Assembly (NCBI GenBank): GCA_036149055.1
Contig: JAYZQJ010000169.1
Span: forward strand, 1-47,667
DNA from: Myxococcota bacterium
Lineage (GTDB): Bacteria; Myxococcota_A; Polyangia; Polyangiales; Sandaracinaceae
Reading direction: 5' to 3'
Length of the DNA stretch: 47,667 bases
In this document: one piece after another, positions 10,850 through 22,629 of the stretch
Layout of the letters: each line of letters begins with the position of its first letter
Position numbering within the stretch: the stretch's first letter is position 1
Made by a program: the position numbers and the translations under genes
Notes under the pieces: generated by a model
What the model was told of the DNA's origin: nothing
The model's input: only the letters and a program-made list of their open reading frames with translations
The model's database searches: none

Positions 10850-10870
10850 GCTGCTCTAGCGGAGGACGAC

Positions 10871-11086
10871 ATGCTCCGAATCGAAGCCGAGCCGCTCGCC
10901 CTGGGTCCCATCGCGCGGGTCGAGCGCGCCCCGTGTGGACACGTCCACTTGCACGTCGGCCCGGTCACCGTCCGGCTCTCGCCGTCGGCGGCGGCGTCGG
11001 TCAGCGAGACGCTCGCCGAGGCGGTGCGGGTCCTGGAGCTCGACCCGGAGCTCGCCCGCGGGTGCACCGCTACTCACGGGCATTGA
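10871..11086 (+). CDS. Small 71-aa His/Cys-motif protein, probably iron-regulated
   Basis: GGAGGA RBS then ATG 10871; MLRIEAEPLALGPIARVERAPCGHVHLHVGPVTVRLSPSAAASVSETLAEAVRVLELDPELARGCTATHGH; only appears as the tail of shadow ORF 9101..11086. Confidence 0.75.
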   Translation: MLRIEAEPLALGPIARVERAPCGHVHLHVGPVTVRLSPSAAASVSETLAEAVRVLELDPELARGCTATHGH

Positions 11087-11888
11087 TCGCCCAGTCGTAG
11101 GGCGTGTAAGCGAGGCGGGTGCGGGGGTCGCGAACCCGGGCGGCGTCTTCGCCCTCGAGGTGGTCGGCGACGAACGCGCGCACCCCGCCGGCGGCCTCGA
11201 AGTCGGCCGCGAACCACTCGAAGATCTGGCTCAGCCGCGCGCGGCGCCCGCGCACCTCGGTGGTGGCGCGCACGAACGCGTCGGTCTGCGCCTCGAGCTG
11301 GGCCTCGAGGTTCTCCGCCGCGAAGGCCTGGCGGCTCAGCGGGGGGCAGCCCGCGCTCGCGCAGTTCACCGCGAAGTGGATGCGCGGCTCGGCGAAGCGC
11401 GCGGACCGGATGATGTCGTTCTCGAGCGCGTTGAGCGTCATCTCGCGCCCGGCCACCCGGTGCTCGATCGCGTCGAAGAAGCCCTCCACCCGCATCACGC
11501 TCTCGATCGGCCAGCGCTCGAGCACCGCGTGCACGGTCAGCGCGTTGTAGGCGTCGATGTAGAAGGCGAGCTGGGCGTCGCGGCTCCAGCTCGACGGATC
11601 GGTCTCGCCGACGTAGCGCACGAACGCCTCGAGCCGGGCTCGGTCCCCGTCGTCGGCCCGGAGCGCGGCGTACCGGAAGCCGCCATCCGCGGTCGCGTAC
11701 CCATCGAGCACCGCCTGCCAGTCCGCGACCGACAGCCCCGCTGGCGCGGCCGCTTCCTCCGCGACCTCCTCCTCTTCGACCGGCGCCTCCCGGGCCACCG
11801 GCTCCGGCGCCTCCGTGCGCGCGGCCTGCGCAGCCCCGTTCTCGGCCGAAGAGCACCCCACGAGCCACACGATCAGCCACCACCTCAT
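11070..11888 (-). CDS. DUF547 domain lipoprotein
   Basis: MRWWLIVWLVGC lipobox; QLAFYIDAYNALT, EPRIHFAVNCASAGCP, LSQIFEWFAADF, YDWAIN. Confidence 0.88.
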   Translation of the reverse strand: MRWWLIVWLVGCSSAENGAAQAARTEAPEPVAREAPVEEEEVAEEAAAPAGLSVADWQAVLDGYATADGGFRYAALRADDGDRARLEAFVRYVGETDPSSWSRDAQLAFYIDAYNALTVHAVLERWPIESVMRVEGFFDAIEHRVAGREMTLNALENDIIRSARFAEPRIHFAVNCASAGCPPLSRQAFAAENLEAQLEAQTDAFVRATTEVRGRRARLSQIFEWFAADFEAAGGVRAFVADHLEGEDAARVRDPRTRLAYTPYDWAINARE

Positions 11889-11922
11889 GAACATCAGACG
11901 CGCCCGCGGCCCCCAGGTTACG

Positions 11923-12096
11923 GACACGGGGACGGAGTTTCTTTGTTGCCCAATCATCGCTTCACTCCCGATCCGAGGACGTCAGCGGCGGGTTTCGCGC
12001 CCAGGACACGCCCCCACCGAGCCCGTGCGGCCCGGATTCGACCCTCTCGAGGGCCTCTCGGGCCGGTTCGGAAACAAGGAAACTCCGTCCCCATGT

Positions 12097-12097
<1 letters not shown>
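11923..12097. repeat. MITE/REPIN-like element with 31-bp imperfect terminal inverted repeats
   Basis: GACACGGGGACGGAGTTTCTTTGTTGCCCAA (11923-11953) vs TTCGGAAACAAGGAAACTCCGTCCCCATGTC (12067-12097): 27/31 complementary; no credible ORF inside. Confidence 0.65.
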
Positions 12098-16170
<4,073 letters not shown>

Positions 16171-16233
16171 GCGCGCGAGTCTGCCACGCGAATGTGTCGC
16201 CAGGCGGCGCGACCCTGTACTCTCGCCGTCTGA

Positions 16234-17634
16234 ATGGATCGCGACGAGGAAATCCTTCTCGGAAAGCGCCGCAAGCGCGTCTGGATCGGCCTCGTCGTCA
16301 GCGTCCCCTTCCTCGCGGCGATGGCCGGCGGCGTCTGGTTCTTCCTCGACAAGCGCCGCGAGGCGCAAAACGAGGTGATCGTGGAGAACGTCACCGGCGC
16401 CGCCTTCGGCTGCGTGGCGTCGGTGCGCGGGGACGCGCCCGAGGCGTGGGGCCTGGAGCGCGCGCTCGAGCACATGTCGCGCATGGAGCGGGTGACGCGC
16501 GACGCCGACGACCCGACCACGCGCGAGGAGCGAGAGCGCTTCGCCCGCCTGGCCGAGGACGCCGCGAACGGCTGCGAGGAGCTCGGCCGGCTGATGATCG
16601 GCGCCCAGCGAGACGAGACCGAGCTCTACTTCGGGGTGCCGGCGCGGCTCGCCCAGCCGCCGGATCAGGGCGACCCCGAGCGGTGGTTCCGGCGGGTGAT
16701 GCCCAAGAGCCGCGCCGAGGTCCTCGAGCTCACGCGGCAGATCCGCACGATGGCGGAGCAGATCAACGCGCGCCGCACCGAGCGCCAGCTGATGGCGCAG
16801 CAGCTGCCCATCGAGGGGCGCGGGCCGAGCGAGCTGGCGCGCATGGTCGAGCTGACCGCGCCGCCCCGTGACCGCGAGCGCGTCCAGACCGAGGTGTGGC
16901 CCCTCCCCGACTACGTGTTCGTCGTGCGCCGCGGCTCCATCCCGGCGGTGCCGTGCGACACCCGCTTCATCAACCGGGCGAGCTGCTTCAACGAGTTCGT
17001 GCAGACGGTCTCGTGGGACGGCGAGGTCTCGGAGCTCCGGGCGCTGACCCGGCCCGAGCGCGTGACCTACTGGAGCGCCTTCACCCCCACGCCCGACGGG
17101 GGCCTCTGGGCGGTCGGCCTCGACGCGCGCAACCGGGGCATCGTCGGGCGCTACCCGCCGGGCGAGACGGAGCCGGCGCTGGCGCCGATCGACGCGGAGG
17201 TCAACGCGGCCACCAACATCGTCGCCGTCGCCGGGGGCGTCGCCATCTTTCCGACCGACGGGAGCGCGTGGCTCTCCGAGGACGGCGCGCTCGCCTTCGC
17301 GCGGGTGGAGACCACGCCGCCTCCCCTCATCGTGAAGATGGGCCGAGGCGGCGCCGATCAGGGCGTGCGCTTCGAGGGCCTGGGCACGCTGAGCCTCTTC
17401 GGGAGCGAGGACGCGGGCTGGACCTCGCGCTTCTCCCCGGTGGAGGACGACGGCGACGAGGTGCTGCTGCGCGTGATCGACGCGAACCGCCGCGTCCGCG
17501 AGGTCGCCGCGCTGCGCTCGCTCCGCTCGGGCAAGGCGGTCGCCTTGCTCCAGCGCTTCCACGAGTCGCCCGACGCGATCATCCTGAGCGAGGACTTCGG
17601 CCGCACCTGGCTCGCCGACCCGCCCTCCGAGTGA
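16234..17634 (+). CDS. Hypothetical membrane-anchored protein
   Basis: Single N-terminal TM after KRRKR; coding-like frame; BNR-like SEDFGRTW at C-terminus. Confidence 0.75.
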   Translation: MDRDEEILLGKRRKRVWIGLVVSVPFLAAMAGGVWFFLDKRREAQNEVIVENVTGAAFGCVASVRGDAPEAWGLERALEHMSRMERVTRDADDPTTREERERFARLAEDAANGCEELGRLMIGAQRDETELYFGVPARLAQPPDQGDPERWFRRVMPKSRAEVLELTRQIRTMAEQINARRTERQLMAQQLPIEGRGPSELARMVELTAPPRDRERVQTEVWPLPDYVFVVRRGSIPAVPCDTRFINRASCFNEFVQTVSWDGEVSELRALTRPERVTYWSAFTPTPDGGLWAVGLDARNRGIVGRYPPGETEPALAPIDAEVNAATNIVAVAGGVAIFPTDGSAWLSEDGALAFARVETTPPPLIVKMGRGGADQGVRFEGLGTLSLFGSEDAGWTSRFSPVEDDGDEVLLRVIDANRRVREVAALRSLRSGKAVALLQRFHESPDAIILSEDFGRTWLADPPSE

Positions 17635-17637
17635 CGC

Positions 17638-17994
17638 TCAGGGTCGCGGGGCGGAGGCCCGACGGTGGGCCGCGGCGTCGACCGCCTCGCGCCACTCGTC
17701 CTGCACGAAGCCGACGAGCACGCGACCGTCGACGTCGGCCACCGGCACGGTGCGGGCCGGGTTGAGCGAGCCCCAGCGCGCGGCCGCGCCCGGATCGGTC
17801 TCGACGTCGCGCTCCTCGTAGGGGATGCCCCGGGCTCGCAGCCAGCCGCGGGCGTGCGCGCAGACCGGGCACCAGCGCGTGGTGTAGAGCGTCACGCGAA
17901 CCTGCGCCCGCTGCGCGGCCGACGCCGGAGGCACGGCGCTCCCGCAGCCCATCGGGACGAGCGCGAGGAGCGCGACGAGGAGGAGGTGACGCAT
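17638..17994 (-). CDS. Glutaredoxin/NrdH-like lipoprotein
   Basis: MRHLLLVALLALVPMGC; YTTRWCPVC; TVP cis-Pro loop; LVGF. Confidence 0.88.
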   Translation of the reverse strand: MRHLLLVALLALVPMGCGSAVPPASAAQRAQVRVTLYTTRWCPVCAHARGWLRARGIPYEERDVETDPGAAARWGSLNPARTVPVADVDGRVLVGFVQDEWREAVDAAAHRRASAPRP

Positions 17995-18010
17995 GGGTAC
18001 GAAATTGAAC

Positions 18011-18041
18011 GGAGCCGCCGGAGCGAGGCTCGGGCGGCTCC
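18011..18041 (-). terminator. Hairpin, possible terminator of 18072-19040
   Basis: GGAGCCGCC..GGCGGCTCC stem with inner GAGC/GCTC; weak U-tract on minus strand. Confidence 0.35.
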
Positions 18042-18071
18042 ATGGAGACGCGCGGGGAGCGCGCGCGGGGA

Positions 18072-19040
18072 TCAGCTCTGGAGCTCTTCCAGCTTCTTCC
18101 GGCCCTTGGGGCGGAGCGTGGTCCAGATGAAGTCGTAGATGTCGAGGAGGTCGTTCGGCTTGTGGCCGGCCTTCTCGAGGCGGCGCGCCACCTCCGTCGA
18201 CATCTTGTGCATGCGGTTGTAGAGGTCGGCGGTCGGGTAGGCGTCGTAGGGGAGGTTCGGGGCCATCCACTGCGCCTGCGCGCGGAACACGCTCGGCTTG
18301 ATCGCGATGTGCTGCACCGGCTGCACGAGCGCCGGCACCGCGGTCGCGAGCGGCCAGGTCACGCGCTCGCCCGGGGTGCGGCCGAGGATGCCGACGTAGC
18401 GGGTGAAGCGCGACTCGTAGGGGCCCTCGCCGTAGAGCAGCTCGCGGGCCGCGTTGGCGAAGTCCTCGTGGTGCTCCTCGGGGAGGCTGCGGAGCGAGGC
18501 GGTGTCCTTGCTCGTGGTGAGGTTGGTCGAGCCGAGCACGTCCTTGAACAGCTCGATCAACCCGGCGTGGTCGCCCTTGTCCATGAGGCCGTCGACGGTC
18601 TCCTGGTTCAGCTTCTCGGCCGCCTCGAGGTGGGCCGGGTAGCGGTGGCGCTTGAGGCGGTTGACGCCCTCGCCGCCGCGCACGTCCGCGATCCACTTCT
18701 CGTCCTCGAAGCCCTTCGGGTAGAAGGCCTCGAAGATGGTGACCTGATCATCGAAGCTGATGATGCGGTTGACGCTCTTCGGGGTGGGGTCGGGGGCGCG
18801 GCGGACGCGCTCGATGCGGAGCATGGACTTGAGGTCGCGGACGATGTCGCGGGCGGAGTCGTAGGGCTCGTCGACCGGCTCGAGGAGGTCGTACCACCCC
18901 TTCTTGAACGTCCTGAGCTGACCATCCTGGAACTGGTAGCGACGCTTCTCTCGACCCTCCCACGCCAGGATGGCGTAGCCCCAGTCGGGGCGCTTCGAGT
19001 GGGTGTAGAGGGGCTCGAGCGAATCGCTTGCGTTGTCCAT
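18072..19040 (-). CDS. Hypothetical soluble protein (N-terminal HxKRPDWG small beta domain)
   Basis: AAGGAG RBS before ATG 19040; coding-like composition. Confidence 0.8.
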   Translation of the reverse strand: MDNASDSLEPLYTHSKRPDWGYAILAWEGREKRRYQFQDGQLRTFKKGWYDLLEPVDEPYDSARDIVRDLKSMLRIERVRRAPDPTPKSVNRIISFDDQVTIFEAFYPKGFEDEKWIADVRGGEGVNRLKRHRYPAHLEAAEKLNQETVDGLMDKGDHAGLIELFKDVLGSTNLTTSKDTASLRSLPEEHHEDFANAARELLYGEGPYESRFTRYVGILGRTPGERVTWPLATAVPALVQPVQHIAIKPSVFRAQAQWMAPNLPYDAYPTADLYNRMHKMSTEVARRLEKAGHKPNDLLDIYDFIWTTLRPKGRKKLEELQS

Positions 19041-19059
19041 CGTGCTCCTTGAGAAACGA

Positions 19060-19074
19060 ATTGGTCGGACCAAT
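19060..19074. promoter_or_regulatory. GntR/FadR-subfamily-type operator palindrome
   Basis: Perfect ATTGGTC-G-GACCAAT about 20 nt upstream of ATG 19040; resembles PdhR/LldR boxes AATTGGTnnnACCAATT. Confidence 0.6.
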
Positions 19075-19250
19075 CGCCGTTTTCTGGGGCTTGGGCCGAA
19101 TGCACGTCGAGGCAGATGGGCCGACGGCCACACCTCCCTCGCGCGTCGTGCGTAGACTCCCCCGTGGGAGGACCGCGCGGCCTCGCGGGCGCGACCCAGG
19201 TCGAAGGGTCCGCGTCCGAGCTCCGGCGTCGCCGGGCTCTCGCCCGGTTC

Positions 19251-19267
19251 TTGGCACGACTTCTGCT
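19251..19267 (+). promoter_or_regulatory. Sigma54 (-24/-12) promoter
   Basis: TTGGCACGACTTCTGCT = TGGCACG-N4-cTGC with GG-N10-GC spacing, upstream of kinase ATG 19354. Confidence 0.65.
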
Positions 19268-19353
19268 AGCGATAGGTCCCGCCAGCGCCTGGAGTAAAGC
19301 ACGAAACGGCGATCGTTTCAAACGCGCCTGCGTGGTATCCCCGGCCACGGGGC

Positions 19354-21030
19354 ATGGCCATCCAATGCGCGAGCTGCGGGCAGGACAACCGCGAAGGCGC
19401 GCGCTTCTGTCTGCGTTGTGGCTCGGCCTTGAGCGTCGAGCCGGGCGCCGATCCGCTCATCGGCAGAGTGCTGCACGAGCGCTACCGCGTCCGGCGCGTG
19501 GTGGGCGAAGGCGGCATGGGGCGGGTGTATCTCGGCGAGCAGCAGATGGGCCCCGCCTCGCGCGACGTCGCCATCAAGGTGCTCCACGAGAAGCACTCCC
19601 GGGACGAGACCCTGCGTCAGAGGTTCTACGGAGAGTGCGAGGTGGTGGTCGGACTCACCCACCCCCACACCATCCAGTTCCACGACTTCGGCGCGCTCGA
19701 GGACGGCCGGCTCTTCATCGTGATGGAGTACATCGAGGGCCACTCCCTCGCGGAGGCGCTCCTCGCCGGGCCGATGCCCCTGCCGCGAGTCGAGCGCCTG
19801 GTCAGTCAGATCGCGGGCTCGCTCCAGGAGGCGCACGAGCGGGGCGTGATCCACCGCGACCTCAAGCCCGACAACGTGTTGCTCACCGTGCGCGGCGGCG
19901 AGGCCGACTTCGTGAAGGTCTGCGACTTCGGCATCGCGAAGCGCCCGGCCGAAGGCGAGCTGGCCGAGGGCCCGGCGCTGACGCTGCAAGGCACGGTCAT
20001 CGGCACGCCGCAGTACATGAGCCCCGAGCAGCTCGCGGGCGGCGACATCGACGCGCGCAGCGACGTCTACAGCCTCGGGCTGATGGTCTACGAGATGCTC
20101 GCCGGCCGGCGCCCCTTCGAGGCGTCGAGCGCCATCGAGTGGGCCGCCAAGCACACCGCGAGCGCGCCGCCGCCGCTCTCCTCGCACGCGCCCGCGAGCG
20201 GCCTGCCGCCGCACGTGATCCAGGTGGTCATGCAGGCGCTGGAGAAGGACCGGGAGAAGCGGCCCGCGTCGATGCGCGCCTTCGCCAGCGCCCTGCTCGG
20301 CCGCGCCGACGCCACCACGCCGATCACGATGGACGGCCGCGCGTCGGTGAGCGCCCCGGGCGCGCCCGCGAGCGTCCCGCCGGTCGACCAGCACGCGCCG
20401 ACGATGCTCTCCCCGGCCACGCCGATGACCGGTCCCGAGGTCCTGAAGCCGGCGGGGGTGCGCGCCAGCCTCGCGCCGCTCTTCATCGGCGCGGTGATCT
20501 TCGCGGTCGGGCTCGCCGGGGCGGGCTGGCTCCTGCGCGACCGGCTCTTCGGCGCCGAGGAGACGCCCGACGCCGGCGTCCCCGCGCTCGACGCGGGCGG
20601 CGACGCGGGCCCTCCGGACGCCGGCCCCCGGACGCCCCGGGAGTGGACCCACATCGTGCACTTCCAGCGGCGCGTCGACGACGCGGCGCTCGCGCTCGGC
20701 CCGCCGGACGGTCGCTACGCCGTGGTGCGGCCCCAGGGCACGCTCGTGCTGGAGATCGAGGCGGGGACGCGGATCGCCAGCGACGGGACCAGCCAGCCCG
20801 ACGTGCGCATCGAGATCGACGACGCGCGCTCCGATCCGTACCGGGCCGACGTCGGCGTCGCGCGCAACCAGTACACCACCGTCGGCTCGGAGCTCGTCGG
20901 CAGCCTCGGGCTCGACGCCGACCAGTTCGAGATCTCGCGCATCCGCTACGTGCGCATCAAGAACCGCGGCCGCCGCAACCTCTACGTCGACGCGGTCGGC
21001 GCCTACGACACGGTCGCCGCGGAGGATTGA
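19354..21030 (+). CDS. Membrane Ser/Thr protein kinase with N-terminal zinc ribbon and C-terminal extracytoplasmic beta domain
   Basis: CASC..FCLRCG; GEGGMGRVY, VAIK, HRDLKPDN, DFG, GTPQYMSPE; TM around LFIGAVIFAVGLAGAGWLL. Confidence 0.93.
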   Translation: MAIQCASCGQDNREGARFCLRCGSALSVEPGADPLIGRVLHERYRVRRVVGEGGMGRVYLGEQQMGPASRDVAIKVLHEKHSRDETLRQRFYGECEVVVGLTHPHTIQFHDFGALEDGRLFIVMEYIEGHSLAEALLAGPMPLPRVERLVSQIAGSLQEAHERGVIHRDLKPDNVLLTVRGGEADFVKVCDFGIAKRPAEGELAEGPALTLQGTVIGTPQYMSPEQLAGGDIDARSDVYSLGLMVYEMLAGRRPFEASSAIEWAAKHTASAPPPLSSHAPASGLPPHVIQVVMQALEKDREKRPASMRAFASALLGRADATTPITMDGRASVSAPGAPASVPPVDQHAPTMLSPATPMTGPEVLKPAGVRASLAPLFIGAVIFAVGLAGAGWLLRDRLFGAEETPDAGVPALDAGGDAGPPDAGPRTPREWTHIVHFQRRVDDAALALGPPDGRYAVVRPQGTLVLEIEAGTRIASDGTSQPDVRIEIDDARSDPYRADVGVARNQYTTVGSELVGSLGLDADQFEISRIRYVRIKNRGRRNLYVDAVGAYDTVAAED

Positions 21031-21034
21031 CCGC

Positions 21035-21406
21035 TCACCGGCAGCGGCGGCCGCGGCCGTCGGGGTCCTGGTGCCGGCCGCGATCGGCGTCGCTGCAGCC
21101 GCAGCTGCCCTCCCCGGCCGGGTCTCCCCAGCGGCCTTGGTCGGTGTCGGTGCAGCCGCGGCGCGGGTTTCGGCCGTGCCCCGGGCGGTCGGCTCCCGCG
21201 CCCTCGTCGCCGTCGGTCGCTCCGGTCCGGCCCCCTCCGGCGGGATCGGCGAGCGGCCCGGTGTCCGAGTCGGTCTGGGCCCGCGCGGGGGCGGCGACGA
21301 GGGCGAGGCCGACCGCGCCGAGGGCGGCCAGCGCCGATCGGCGGCCGACCGCGCGGCCCCGCTCGAAGTCCGCCTCGGTGAGGGTCTGATCCTTCTCGTC
21401 GCGCAC
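21035..21406 (-). CDS. Tat-signal small secreted protein with four Asp/Gly-rich repeats
   Basis: GRRSALAALGAVGLALVAAPARA-Q signal; repeats TDSDTGPLADPAGGGR, TDGDEGAGADRPGHGR, TDTDQGRWGDPAGEGS, SDADRGRHQDPDGRGR. Confidence 0.75.
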   Translation of the reverse strand: MRDEKDQTLTEADFERGRAVGRRSALAALGAVGLALVAAPARAQTDSDTGPLADPAGGGRTGATDGDEGAGADRPGHGRNPRRGCTDTDQGRWGDPAGEGSCGCSDADRGRHQDPDGRGRRCR

Positions 21407-21435
21407 CGCGGGAACTCTGACGTAGGCTGCCCCCG

Positions 21436-22623
21436 ATGGCGAGAGAGCGATGGGATCTGGAGCGGCTGATTCACCCGTTCCCGAGCGAGGCCTTCATCGA
21501 GGAGCGCTTCGAGAACGAGGTGCTCCACGTCGAGCGCGGCGACCCCGGCTACTACGCCTCGCTGCTCGGGCTCGACGACATCGACCGAGCCCTGACGACC
21601 CTGCACCTGCACCACCCCACCGTGACGATGGTGAACGCGGGCAAGCCGGACCTGACGCCCGCCGCCTACACCTACCCCTCGGGGCTCATCGACGCGGCGC
21701 GGCTGTATCAGGAGTACGCCGACGGGGGGAGCATCGTGCTCAACCAGCTCGAGGGCTCGCTGCCGTCGCTGATGGATCTCTGCCGGTCGATGGAGGCGCG
21801 CTTCTCGCATCGCTTCCAGTGCAACATCTACCTCACGCCCGCCGGCGGCGCGCGCGGGCTGGCCACCCACTACGACTCGCACGACGTCTTCGTGCTGCAG
21901 ATCAGCGGGACGAAGCGCTGGACGCTCTACGACACGCCGGTGCAGCGGCCGCTGCGGGGTCAGGGCTTCGAGCCCGGCGCGCACGAGGTCGGGGAGCCGA
22001 CGCTCGCGCTCGACCTCGCGCCCGGCGACATGCTCTACGTGCCGCGCGGCGTGATGCACGACGCGTCGAGCACCGACCAGGACAGCTGCCACATCACCCT
22101 CGGCGTGCTGCCGAGCACCTGGACCGACCTGCTGCTCGAGGCGGTGGCCCGGGTGGCGCTCAAGGACGCGGAGCTGCGCCGATCGCTGCCGGTCGGCTAC
22201 GCGGTGCAGGGCTTCGATCGCGAGGCGGCGCGGGCCCGCTTCCGCGACCTGCTCGGGCGCGTGGTCGAGAAGGCCGACTTCGACGGCGCGCTCGATCACT
22301 TCGCCGAGGACCTGGTGAGCACCCGGCACCCGCTGCTCTACGGTCAGCTCTCGCAGCTCCAGCGGCTCTCCCGGCTGAGCCTCGACGACGAGGCCGCGCC
22401 CCGCCCGAACCTGCTGTTCCACCTGAGCCGCGACGAGGAGCGGGTGACGGTGAGCGCCTACGGAGGCACGCTGTCGATGCCGCTCCACGCCGCCGAGCCG
22501 CTCGAGCACGCGCTGACCGCGCCCCGGTTCCGGGTGGGCGACCTGCCCGGCGAGCTCGACGACGACGGCAAGCTGGTGCTCGTCCGCAAGCTCGTGCGCG
22601 AGGGGCTGGTCGAGCTGCGCTGA
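21436..22623 (+). CDS. JmjC/cupin_4 2OG-Fe(II) oxygenase (YcfD/NO66 ROX-like) with C-terminal winged helix
   Basis: NIYLTP, HYDSHDVFVLQISGTKRW, LAPGDMLYVPRGVMH (HxD...H triad), LVRKLVREGLV. Confidence 0.9.
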   Translation: MARERWDLERLIHPFPSEAFIEERFENEVLHVERGDPGYYASLLGLDDIDRALTTLHLHHPTVTMVNAGKPDLTPAAYTYPSGLIDAARLYQEYADGGSIVLNQLEGSLPSLMDLCRSMEARFSHRFQCNIYLTPAGGARGLATHYDSHDVFVLQISGTKRWTLYDTPVQRPLRGQGFEPGAHEVGEPTLALDLAPGDMLYVPRGVMHDASSTDQDSCHITLGVLPSTWTDLLLEAVARVALKDAELRRSLPVGYAVQGFDREAARARFRDLLGRVVEKADFDGALDHFAEDLVSTRHPLLYGQLSQLQRLSRLSLDDEAAPRPNLLFHLSRDEERVTVSAYGGTLSMPLHAAEPLEHALTAPRFRVGDLPGELDDDGKLVLVRKLVREGLVELR

Positions 22624-22629
22624 GCCGAG

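Noticed and set aside
19072..19313. 10-bp inverted repeat ATCGCCGTTT/AAACGGCGAT spanning the intergenic region
   Set aside because: Too short and distant to support an element without further evidence
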